From: a virus
Virus record (IMG/VR): IMGVR_UViG_3300039216_000106
Coordinates: 1 to 64,000 of that record
DNA: 64,000 nucleotides
Direction: 5' to 3' (one strand)
Under the pieces are notes generated by a model. That model made no database searches, was not told the DNA's origin, and worked only from the letters and a program-made list of their open reading frames with translations. Position numbers and translations under genes: made by a program. Positions 52,718 to 60,807 of this stretch are shown piece after piece; the first letter of the stretch is position 1; the number at the start of each line of letters is the position of its first letter.

Positions 52718-52942
52718 ATGGCGCGAATTCCCATTCCGTCACCAACGTCTGGCATTCTGTCGTCTCAGGCGGCGGAAGACGGGGCTTTGATGGAAGAGGG
52801 CGAATCCATCGGTCAGGTTGAGGTCATGAAAATGTTTACGGATGTCATGTCCCCCGCGACCGGCCGCATCAAATGGCTCATTGGCCTTGGTGAATGCGTG
52901 GAATACGACGACATCCTTGCCGAAATAGAAACTGAGGGCTGA
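52718..52942 (+). CDS. stand-alone biotinyl/lipoyl-carrier-like domain protein (BCCP-type MKM motif)
   Basis: 74 aa. SPTSGIL....GALMEEGESIGQVEVMKMFTDVMSPATGRIKWLIGLGECVEYDDILAEIE matches the biotin carboxyl carrier consensus, including E-x-M-K-M. Confidence 0.65.
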   Translation: MARIPIPSPTSGILSSQAAEDGALMEEGESIGQVEVMKMFTDVMSPATGRIKWLIGLGECVEYDDILAEIETEG

Positions 52943-52947
52943 AGCCT

Positions 52948-53652
52948 ATGCGCAATCTCGTAGATTACCAATCCGCGCCGTACAATGGGCCGTTTTCCAT
53001 CAGTGCGGCGCTGCTCACCGGGGTTGCTGCGGCGCCCTACGAGGGCCTTTGGGTTCCGATCCAATGGGCCAAGTCCGGAAGCATCGAGTTGAGCGGCACG
53101 TTCAGCGCCATCGATGTTGACCTCTATGTCAGCAACGCGGAACAGGCGCCGGCCAACCAGTATGTTGCGACGTTGGGCGGTTCTGCAACTGAGGCGGATC
53201 ACGTCGGCATCACATTTACGTCTCCGCTCATTTCGGGCGGCAAGACGGTAAGCTACACCGTGGCGAACGGAAACGACTTGACCGCGATCGGCGCTGGCCT
53301 CGCCGCCGCAATCAACGCGGACACCACATTGGCTGCGCTCGGCATCACGGCTGGAGCCGCGTCTGGCGTCGTCACCGTCTCATGGCCCAGCACGTCACCG
53401 ACCGAAGGCGCAGGGCAGTTCTCGTCGCCATCGTCGCCGTCCCAAGCCAACGACCTCAGCCTCGCCTCAGCGCTTTCCGCAGGCGCCACAGAGACGATCA
53501 CATTCACGACCGGCACCAGTGGGCTCAAACTCGGTTCGACCATAAGCGCCGCCGGTCTGACCTCAATCGCCACATCGTATCGCTGGATCAAGGCTCGCCT
53601 CACCAGCATGACCGGGTCATCCGCCGTCGCCAACTACGCCGGGGTCGCGTAA
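52948..53652 (+). CDS. virion protein carrying one copy of the dispersed repeat module
   Basis: 234 aa. ATLGGSATEADHVGITFTSPL..KTVSYTVANGNDLTAIGAGLAAAINADTTLAALGITAGAASGVVTVSWP. Confidence 0.5.
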   Translation: MRNLVDYQSAPYNGPFSISAALLTGVAAAPYEGLWVPIQWAKSGSIELSGTFSAIDVDLYVSNAEQAPANQYVATLGGSATEADHVGITFTSPLISGGKTVSYTVANGNDLTAIGAGLAAAINADTTLAALGITAGAASGVVTVSWPSTSPTEGAGQFSSPSSPSQANDLSLASALSAGATETITFTTGTSGLKLGSTISAAGLTSIATSYRWIKARLTSMTGSSAVANYAGVA

Positions 53653-53737
53653 CCGCGCTTTTCTAATTCCGAGGACACCATGCGTAAATTCCTGATCGCA
53701 CTTCTCGCCGCTAAAGCATCCATTGGAGTTGCATAAC

Positions 53738-56700
53738 ATGGCTGTCTATTTCACGCGAGTGGCGACCCTTTCCGACCTTGCAGCAAAAAATGCAGCCCAA
53801 TGTTCAAGCGTTGGCGGTTTTATCTGCGATGAAACAGGCCATTCATACGAGTGGGAATCAACATCTACAAAAGCGGCCGCGTCGGCTTCTTTTCCACAAG
53901 GCGTTTGTCCGACAGTCATCATCCCGGTGGGTAACCCTGCATCCGGCCGGTTGGAAATTATACTTGCAGATTCCGACGTTGCTGCAGTTCAGGTGATAGC
54001 AACAACCGGTCGCGTTCCAGATCTTGCAAAAGTTGCGTCGGTATCGACCACAAATATCACCTTATCCGGCGAGCACACCATCAATGGATTCACAACAAGC
54101 GCATCTCGCGTCTTGCTGATTGCACAGACCACACAAAGCCAAAACCGTGTTTGGATAACCGGGTCGGGCGCATGGACCACCGCGACAGACGCGGATAGCG
54201 CTGCGGAACTCGGGCTTGCTACCGTCGAAGTTGATGCGACTACATCAACGCTTGCAGGTCAGCGGTATCAATGCCCACTCACCGCCGCGCAGATAACGGC
54301 CGGTGGTGGTGTCGGCACGGTAGCAATCCCCCCATGGGTCAACATTGGAACAAACGCAGCGGCTGCCGCTGTCGCCGCCGAGGCTGCTGCCCGCTCTGCC
54401 GCGGATGATATTTTACGCGGGGAGTCTATAACGGGCGGCGTGACTGCTCCGGGTGCAGGTTATGGTGGGTGGGGCCCTGGTGCAACCGTATTTTGTAGCC
54501 AACCCTTCACTGCAACGGGTCTGCTTCAGACATTAAATTTTTATTTAGATTACGCAGGTCCAGTGGTACTGACTTTAGTTGAACTGAACGACGCAGGTAC
54601 CTCTATCGTGCAACTGGGAGATACTCTTACCCTCCCAAATGCAGTTGGCGGACTCAATACTGTGACGACATGGAATCCTGTCGTCACTCAAGGGTGGTAT
54701 GTAGCGGTTCAAAACGTCTATCACAATGTCAGATACGATAATCAGGCAGGATCATACCTGATTAGCACAAGTCAGGCAATAACGATAGCTAGTACACTCT
54801 CTAATGTTGGAGGGGTTATTTCTGAAATTGGTTGGAAGATTATTACAGGAATTGCTGCTGAGGCCACTATACGTAGTACAAATGATGCTGCTGAAGTCGT
54901 AGCGCGCAACGCGGCCATCGCTGTTGAGACTGGAAATCGTGAAGATGCAATCAATGCTGAGGCTGCGGCTCGCCAAGCACTTGCAGGCGCGGTGCTTTCT
55001 GGCGGAGAACTCAACCCAACCGCAGCCTATGGCGCTTGGACTCTTGGGAACACCGTATTTTGCAAAGATCCCTTTGCGGCCACTGGACCAATTAAATCAA
55101 TCCCAATATATATGCCTGCGGCAGGGTGCATTGAACTTGCACTGGTAAAATTAATTGCTGCAAATACGTTTACGTCTGCGATCTGGACGTCAGGTGTTCT
55201 TACGCTAACTACCGCCGCCGCACATGGAGTGCCGTCAGGTTCTGACGTAACAATCTCGGGGCTAACTAGCTCAAATAGTGTGACGGTGAACGGGACGTTT
55301 GCGACGGCCTCTGGGACTACAGGATCGACTATCAATATCCCCATTTCTGCCGATCCTGGAACGGTGGGGTATTCTTCTGGCGCGCTCGCTGCGGGGATGG
55401 TTGTTGGAGAGACTTACGAATACACCGCCGCGGCTGGTACATCGGTCATCACCACATGGCATCCAGTCGCCGCGCCGGGGTGGTATTTGACAGCCTATGC
55501 GGAGGGGGGAAACCATATTCGGTATGCTAATACTGTCGGTCAGAACAGCTATGCAATGCTGGGGCGTCCTGGTGAATTGTCTGGTGCAGTTGTAGACTAC
55601 AGCGGTATTGTTTTTCAATTCGGCTGGACGATGACCTGTGGTCTAGTGGGGGAAACCATAGCCAGTGGAGGAGCGGCGGAGGCACTATCCGCAGCAATTC
55701 TAGATCAATCAACAAGCACCCCAACCACAGTCTCGGCCGCGACAGCACTGGGAATTAAAAAAGCATTTCTTGTTACTGGCTATAGTGACGCCGACGCTAC
55801 GGCGGCGGTCAATAACACGATTATTCCAGACACCACTCCTGACTACATTTCGGCCATACAGTTTGTGCAGCCTGCTTGGGCTGATCGTAACGGCAATAGC
55901 GGTTATGCACAAAGCAATGAGTTTTCCGGAACTGGTGGGGCGCCCGTCCTAACCACCCAGCCGTACTACAACAAAATGCCGGACTCGACGTATGCGGACT
56001 TTGTAGCAAACCCAGGGCCGGATGTGAATCACATCCGCTATGAAATAACCGATACAGGTACAATTACCGGTGAACGGCCACTACTGATTGGCGGTGACGC
56101 AGTAATAAACGTTGTGCCTGAGACTACTTTTTGTGAGTCGTCAAACTACGCGGTAGAGTGGGCCTCCGACAATTGGGGTGTTAATCCTGCGAAAAACATC
56201 GTCTACGCTTTTTGTGGTGGACGTGGTGGAGAGCCACTCAACCACTTCATCAAAGGTACCGATCCATATACAGTATTTATGGACTTCTTTGCGCAGTCAC
56301 AAACCTATTTCCATTCTCAAAATCTGAGCTACAACGTCCAAACGATACCCTATATCGGACACGAGAACATTGATACCGCTGCCACGCCTGATGCCTATTC
56401 TTGGGCGGAGATGTTTAAGAAGTTAGCGCACGATAGATCGGGAGATATTGCAAATCTCACCGGACAGCAAACTCCGGCCTACACTCTCGGCGTACCGACT
56501 TGCGTCGGAGTTTTGCAGGGGCAGGCACAGCAGGGCATGTTGAAGGCTTGTCTGGAAGACTCGATTTGCTGCTACGTTACACCTGATTACGACATAGTGA
56601 GAAACACGGTAGACGCTACGCACTATATTCGCTCAGGGGCTCTCTACTTAGGAGCAAAAATTGGTCGGGCTCGCGCTCAGATAATGGGTTCTCCAACTTA

Positions 56701-57292
56701 CGGAATTCGTGGCAGAAAACCAGATTTTTTGAAACCAATAAACTTTATTTATTATGGCATAAGCAAGGGCTCAAAAGTCATCCTTACATTTCAGGCTCCC
56801 GGCGTACTTGAGTTTGCACAGCTTACCTTGGCCGGAGCAACGGGTTGGTCAAACAAACCTAGTGGCGCAAATGGTTGGGCGCCTCGCGGATTGAACCTGC
56901 AAGCCAAGGGTATTGGGTCTCTTTTCTCCTCGGATAACACTACAGCTTATAATCAGATGATCATCGGCAGTAATACCGTTTCGATTGAATTTACTCTTGA
57001 TCACGACCTTCCATCTGCGGGTAATGGTCCGGCCCTCATCAGTATCTCAACAGGCGGCTGCGGAGATTTGTACGGACAAGTAGTGGCTCCTGGAATTAAC
57101 GTTGCCAACGGCGGAAGTTGTGACTTGCGCGCCCATAGCACGGATGTCTATCATAATCCAGCGGACGGCATTGATTACCCCATGCACCACCTTTGTCCGC
57201 TGTTTTCTATGATTGCGACTCCAGCCCCTTCAATTCCATTTTCACAGTACCCGGACAATGAAGACTGGTTGCGGATGATGGGATTAGTGTAG
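53738..57292 (+). CDS. very large fibre / spike-like receptor-binding protein with internal duplication
   Basis: 1184 aa from the ATG at 53738 (GGAG upstream). The N-terminal SRVLLIAQTTQSQNRVWITGSGAWTTATDAD is spike-like, followed by two coiled-coil plus beta modules. GC is lower by eye. Confidence 0.65.
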   Translation: MAVYFTRVATLSDLAAKNAAQCSSVGGFICDETGHSYEWESTSTKAAASASFPQGVCPTVIIPVGNPASGRLEIILADSDVAAVQVIATTGRVPDLAKVASVSTTNITLSGEHTINGFTTSASRVLLIAQTTQSQNRVWITGSGAWTTATDADSAAELGLATVEVDATTSTLAGQRYQCPLTAAQITAGGGVGTVAIPPWVNIGTNAAAAAVAAEAAARSAADDILRGESITGGVTAPGAGYGGWGPGATVFCSQPFTATGLLQTLNFYLDYAGPVVLTLVELNDAGTSIVQLGDTLTLPNAVGGLNTVTTWNPVVTQGWYVAVQNVYHNVRYDNQAGSYLISTSQAITIASTLSNVGGVISEIGWKIITGIAAEATIRSTNDAAEVVARNAAIAVETGNREDAINAEAAARQALAGAVLSGGELNPTAAYGAWTLGNTVFCKDPFAATGPIKSIPIYMPAAGCIELALVKLIAANTFTSAIWTSGVLTLTTAAAHGVPSGSDVTISGLTSSNSVTVNGTFATASGTTGSTINIPISADPGTVGYSSGALAAGMVVGETYEYTAAAGTSVITTWHPVAAPGWYLTAYAEGGNHIRYANTVGQNSYAMLGRPGELSGAVVDYSGIVFQFGWTMTCGLVGETIASGGAAEALSAAILDQSTSTPTTVSAATALGIKKAFLVTGYSDADATAAVNNTIIPDTTPDYISAIQFVQPAWADRNGNSGYAQSNEFSGTGGAPVLTTQPYYNKMPDSTYADFVANPGPDVNHIRYEITDTGTITGERPLLIGGDAVINVVPETTFCESSNYAVEWASDNWGVNPAKNIVYAFCGGRGGEPLNHFIKGTDPYTVFMDFFAQSQTYFHSQNLSYNVQTIPYIGHENIDTAATPDAYSWAEMFKKLAHDRSGDIANLTGQQTPAYTLGVPTCVGVLQGQAQQGMLKACLEDSICCYVTPDYDIVRNTVDATHYIRSGALYLGAKIGRARAQIMGSPTYGIRGRKPDFLKPINFIYYGISKGSKVILTFQAPGVLEFAQLTLAGATGWSNKPSGANGWAPRGLNLQAKGIGSLFSSDNTTAYNQMIIGSNTVSIEFTLDHDLPSAGNGPALISISTGGCGDLYGQVVAPGINVANGGSCDLRAHSTDVYHNPADGIDYPMHHLCPLFSMIATPAPSIPFSQYPDNEDWLRMMGLV

Positions 57293-57299
57293 CTGAAAC

Positions 57300-57383
57300 A
57301 TGAACAACATCGGTGACGCGGTATCCAAGGAGCAAGAGTTTGTGACGGCTCTGGCGTGCGCGCTGCAGACGGAAGGGATGTGA
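57300..57383 (+). pseudogene. truncated copy of the 5' end of the holin-candidate gene
   Basis: MNNIGDAVSKEQEFVTALACALQTEGM compared with MSEGGIGSIVSKAQEFVTALASAPQPEE (15370). Nucleotides 57333-57375 match 15409-15451 at 38 of 43 positions. Confidence 0.3.
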
Positions 57384-57522
57384 CATGAGTGAAATCGGCC
57401 AAACTGTCTCTGACCTGCTCAAGATCAACGCCAGCGCCAACCAAATCGAAACGAAATGGCTGCTTGAAGTTGCCTCGCGTAACGCCTAGAATTACAAACC
57501 AACGATTTGAGGACATTGACCT

Positions 57523-58158
57523 ATGTCGTCACCCGGATCAGAACCGGTAACGCCTCCGAACCCAGCACCGACACCAGCCGCACCCGTAACGCCGCCCACT
57601 CCGACGCCAGCTACGCCGGTAGAGCCGCATGAGACGCCGGAACAGGCTCGGTCTCGGCTCAACGCTGAGGCCGCTGCATACCGCATTCAGGCCAAGGATG
57701 CGCGGGAATTGGCGAGGGACGCAGAAGCCAAACTGGCGGCGCTGAAAACCTCCGCCGAAACAGACAAGCAATCAGCCATTGCGGCGGAAAGGTCAAAAGT
57801 GGACGCGTTGAAACCTCGGATCATCGAAGCGGAACTCAAGGCGGCGCTGGTCGGCGAAGGCGTGCTCGATCCCGAACTGGTTGGCCTTGTCGGCCGCGAC
57901 GGCATTACGGTGGACGAAAACGGAGCGGTTACCGGTGTGACAGAGGCTGTGGCGAAGTTCAAGGCGGCGAAGCCCAATTTCTTCCGCGCGCCCGCGGCGC
58001 CCGCACCGGCCCCAGTTCCGGCCCCAACATCCAGCGGCAACCCGTCAGCCCCGCCGGCCAATCCCAATCCGAGCCCGACGAACGTCAAAGACATGTCGGC
58101 GTCTCAGTACCGAGATTACAAGTCCGGCATTCGGCGCCGGTTGCGTGGCGGGCGGTAA
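57523..58158 (+). CDS. capsid scaffolding protein
   Basis: 211 aa with Pro-rich ends and a long central coiled coil (RSRLNAEAAAYRIQAKDARELARDAEAKLAALK). It lies upstream of the major capsid gene. Confidence 0.65.
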   Translation: MSSPGSEPVTPPNPAPTPAAPVTPPTPTPATPVEPHETPEQARSRLNAEAAAYRIQAKDARELARDAEAKLAALKTSAETDKQSAIAAERSKVDALKPRIIEAELKAALVGEGVLDPELVGLVGRDGITVDENGAVTGVTEAVAKFKAAKPNFFRAPAAPAPAPVPAPTSSGNPSAPPANPNPSPTNVKDMSASQYRDYKSGIRRRLRGGR

Positions 58159-58190
58159 TGCATTGAGTTAGGCGCAAGCCGGAGGTGGTG

Positions 58191-58228
58191 GGCGGGCTGG
58201 ATGTTGCGCTAACAACGTCCGGCCCGTC
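58191..58228 (+). terminator. 16-bp plus-strand-specific hairpin after the scaffold gene (terminator/attenuator candidate)
   Basis: 58191-58206 pairs with 58213-58228, including 3 G-U pairs that would be C-A mismatches on the other strand. It is followed by TGCTTTAATT. Confidence 0.35.
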
Positions 58229-58437
58229 TGCTTTAATTGGCGAGGTGGTATCTGGCGATCTGTACCAGGACATCCGAGACACGCGACCCCATGGTCCGAA
58301 CAAAGATGCGCGGTGGGGTGGATGCTTGAAGCGGTGCGAAAGCACGGGAGCAAGGGAAGTGCCGATCCTAGCGCGCAAACGGCCCGTACCCGACAGCGAA
58401 GCGTAGGCCGAGGGCAGTCTGGACCACCCGCCAACAT

Positions 58438-58713
58438 TCATCCGCCAAAGACCGCCACACCAACCGCCCATAGCACCGATCCCACAAACGCAGCGGCGAA
58501 CGGTGCGATGAACCAAAGCCAGAAGCGGACGATGCGACCGGCGGCTAGGGCGCCGTCTTCTATTTCATCGGGGTCACGCGGCGGCCGCACGTAAATGTAA
58601 CGCGGATGCTGCCAGCCGAACGTATCGGACAGCGTTACAACGGCTCTATGACGAAATCTCATGTCGAACATATTGACAGAAAATGTTCGCGAGGGATATC
58701 TATTGATTTGCAA
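58438..58713 (-). CDS. possible antisense small membrane protein
   Basis: 91-aa ORF (shorter starts are possible) with a C-terminal FWLWFIAPFAAAFVGSVLWAVGVAVFGG. GC3 is fairly high in the 3' half. It overlaps GCGTTACA boxes, so it could be spurious. Confidence 0.3.
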   Translation of the reverse strand: MQINRYPSRTFSVNMFDMRFRHRAVVTLSDTFGWQHPRYIYVRPPRDPDEIEDGALAAGRIVRFWLWFIAPFAAAFVGSVLWAVGVAVFGG

Positions 58714-58853
58714 GCGAGATGCGAGCCGCGCTGGGTACTGTGCGCGTTACAAGAAGGTACTCAAAGGGCCAGGTGCCCCGCGCCGGTAAACAAGTCCGGG
58801 ATGGCCAGGGGCCGCGAAGTCTACAACCGCAACCGCCATTTTGAGGACTTGCC

Positions 58854-60227
58854 ATGGCCAACTGGACCGGCTTCCCGGCCGCGCTCGCCGCCGAACTTCA
58901 GACCGGATTATTGGAACGCGAATTCGAAGAGGGTTTGGATTCCATCCTCGGCTACCGCCGCGAAGCGATGCAGGAGACCATTCCGGCCCGCATCGGTGAA
59001 TCGATCACCCGCACCCGTACCGGCCGCAAGGCGCCGGTCACCACACCGATGAACGCACAGTCCTCGTCCTCGCTGGACAACGGCTTGAGCGCGTCGGACG
59101 CGGCTCTTGAGCAATATACACTCGCGACCTACGAATACGGCGACGCCACCGACGTGAACCTCATGCAGGATCTGGCGTCGATCGCGAACAACATGACCCG
59201 CGTGGCCCGCAACAACGGTGTGCAGTCGGCGCAGTCCTTGGAGCGCTTGGCCCGCTCGGCATTCTTCAGCGCGTATCTGGGCGGCAACACTCGTGTCCGC
59301 GTTGACCTTGGCGCACCTGGCACCACGAGCTGCTACGTCGATGACATTCGTGGCTTTCAGACCGTCCTGGTCAACGGAAGGCCGACGCCGGTCGGTTCTG
59401 GCACGAACATCACAGTGCAGGAAATCCAGGCGTCATCCTCCGGTGTAACCCAGACCCTGACCGTGACTTCCGTGGTTGCGGAAGGAACCAACCACTCCAA
59501 GACGCCAGACGGCATTTCCGGCACGCTCACGTTCTCGGCCGCCACCACGCCGGTCAACGGCGATGCCTTGGTTGCTTCGAACGCGCCGCAAGTGTTGCGC
59601 CCGATGGGGCGTTTGTCCACCGCGTCTCTTCAGGGCGGCGATGTGATGACCCTCGGCATTTTGCAGGACGCCACCACGATCCTGAAAAACAACAGCGTTC
59701 CGCCCACCGACGACGGCAGCTATCACGTCATCCTCGACAACACGTCGATGCGCCAGTTGTTCGCCGATCAGGACTTCAAGGTGCTCTACGCCGGTCGCTA
59801 TCAGTCGAAGGAATGGGAGACAGGCGATATCGTCCGCCTGCTCGATATGACCTTCATTCCGACGACGGAAGCCTATGTGCAGACCGCATCCACGACCACG
59901 GCAAACGGCGCCACCGACAAGATTGGTGTCACGGTTCGCCGCCCGCTCGTGATCGGCGCCGAAGCGCTGATCGAAGGCGACTTTGAGGGCTTGGACACTT
60001 GGCTGGAACGTTCGGGCATGAACAACATTTCCGACGTGTTCCTGGTCGACAACATCGCGCACATCGTCCGGCCGCCTCTCGACCGCCTCGCGCAGTGGGC
60101 ATCATTCGCCTGGACTTTCATTGGTGGCTACGCCGCACCTTCAGATTTGACCGCCACCACCAGCATCATTCCTACTGCCAGTAGTGCGCTCTACAAGCGT
60201 TGTACGGTGATCGAGCACGCAGGTTAA
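58854..60227 (+). CDS. major capsid protein, N4-gp56-like family
   Basis: 457 aa. The N-terminus LAAELQTGLLEREFEEGLDSILGYRREAMQETIPARIGESITRTRTG resembles the N4-gp56 MCP family from memory. Confidence 0.75.
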   Translation: MANWTGFPAALAAELQTGLLEREFEEGLDSILGYRREAMQETIPARIGESITRTRTGRKAPVTTPMNAQSSSSLDNGLSASDAALEQYTLATYEYGDATDVNLMQDLASIANNMTRVARNNGVQSAQSLERLARSAFFSAYLGGNTRVRVDLGAPGTTSCYVDDIRGFQTVLVNGRPTPVGSGTNITVQEIQASSSGVTQTLTVTSVVAEGTNHSKTPDGISGTLTFSAATTPVNGDALVASNAPQVLRPMGRLSTASLQGGDVMTLGILQDATTILKNNSVPPTDDGSYHVILDNTSMRQLFADQDFKVLYAGRYQSKEWETGDIVRLLDMTFIPTTEAYVQTASTTTANGATDKIGVTVRRPLVIGAEALIEGDFEGLDTWLERSGMNNISDVFLVDNIAHIVRPPLDRLAQWASFAWTFIGGYAAPSDLTATTSIIPTASSALYKRCTVIEHAG

Positions 60228-60232
60228 TTCGT

Positions 60233-60373
60233 ATGCTGACTAAAACCGGCCATAAGAAGTGCCCCGCATGTGGTGAGATAAAACTCGCCGCGGAGCATTT
60301 CTATGCCGTGACGGTAGAAGAATACGCGCCATTGCTGGCGCCGACGATCCGAGAACTCGCGTTGCTCAACTGA
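60233..60373 (+). CDS. possible 46-aa CxxC protein
   Basis: Hand-translated as MLTKTGHKKCPACGEIKLAAEHFYAV.... Confidence 0.3.
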   Translation: MLTKTGHKKCPACGEIKLAAEHFYAVTVEEYAPLLAPTIRELALLN

Positions 60374-60385
60374 AAGGGCAAAATT

Positions 60386-60619
60386 ATGAAAAGTCCCTCC
60401 AAGAATGTCTCGGCTTCCCTTCACAGTCAGAAGGAAGCCGGTCGATCCGCGATCAAGCCGACCGTTTCGGGTCTGAAAAAGGGCGTTTCGATGACGGTTC
60501 CCGGTGAGGGTGGCGTCGAGAAACCGGCAGGCGCTGGGCGCGGCTCGCAAGCTGGTCGTTCCGCCGCGGTCTACGCCGATGCGGTTTCCAGCAAGTTCGG
60601 CGGAAAGAAATCGACGTGA
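60386..60619 (+). CDS. hypothetical basic Gly/Ser/Lys-rich protein
   Basis: 77-aa ORF with low-complexity composition. Confidence 0.35.
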   Translation: MKSPSKNVSASLHSQKEAGRSAIKPTVSGLKKGVSMTVPGEGGVEKPAGAGRGSQAGRSAAVYADAVSSKFGGKKST

Positions 60620-60804
60620 CGACGCGCCGCGTCAGCGGCGGGACGAAGACAGTCGGTTCCATGGACACTTCGCTTCCGCAAGCCTTTCATCCTGGCTGGG
60701 ATGCGAGACCGGGCTTGGCCCAAGCGCATGACCACGTTTTGCGCCGCGAGGCCATGGGCAAGAAAAAGACGCCCATTGGTTCGGGCGTGATGAGGAAGAA
60801 ATAG
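60616..60804 (+). CDS. hypothetical basic protein
   Basis: 62-aa ORF with a GTGA overlap. Confidence 0.3.
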   Translation: MTTRRVSGGTKTVGSMDTSLPQAFHPGWDARPGLAQAHDHVLRREAMGKKKTPIGSGVMRKK

Positions 60805-60807
60805 GCC

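Noticed and set aside
53645-53665. CGCG-TAAC-CGCG hairpin followed by CTTTTCT after the 234-aa gene as a terminator
   Set aside because: The stem is only 4 bp, too weak to call. The next gene follows in the same orientation.
58168-58516. Minus-strand ORFs of 89 and 143 aa, and plus ORFs of 73 and 93 aa, in the scaffold-capsid gap
   Set aside because: The translations are Pro/Cys/Arg-rich, third-position GC is not coding-like by eye, and there are no SD-linked starts. The region is treated as non-coding or regulatory.
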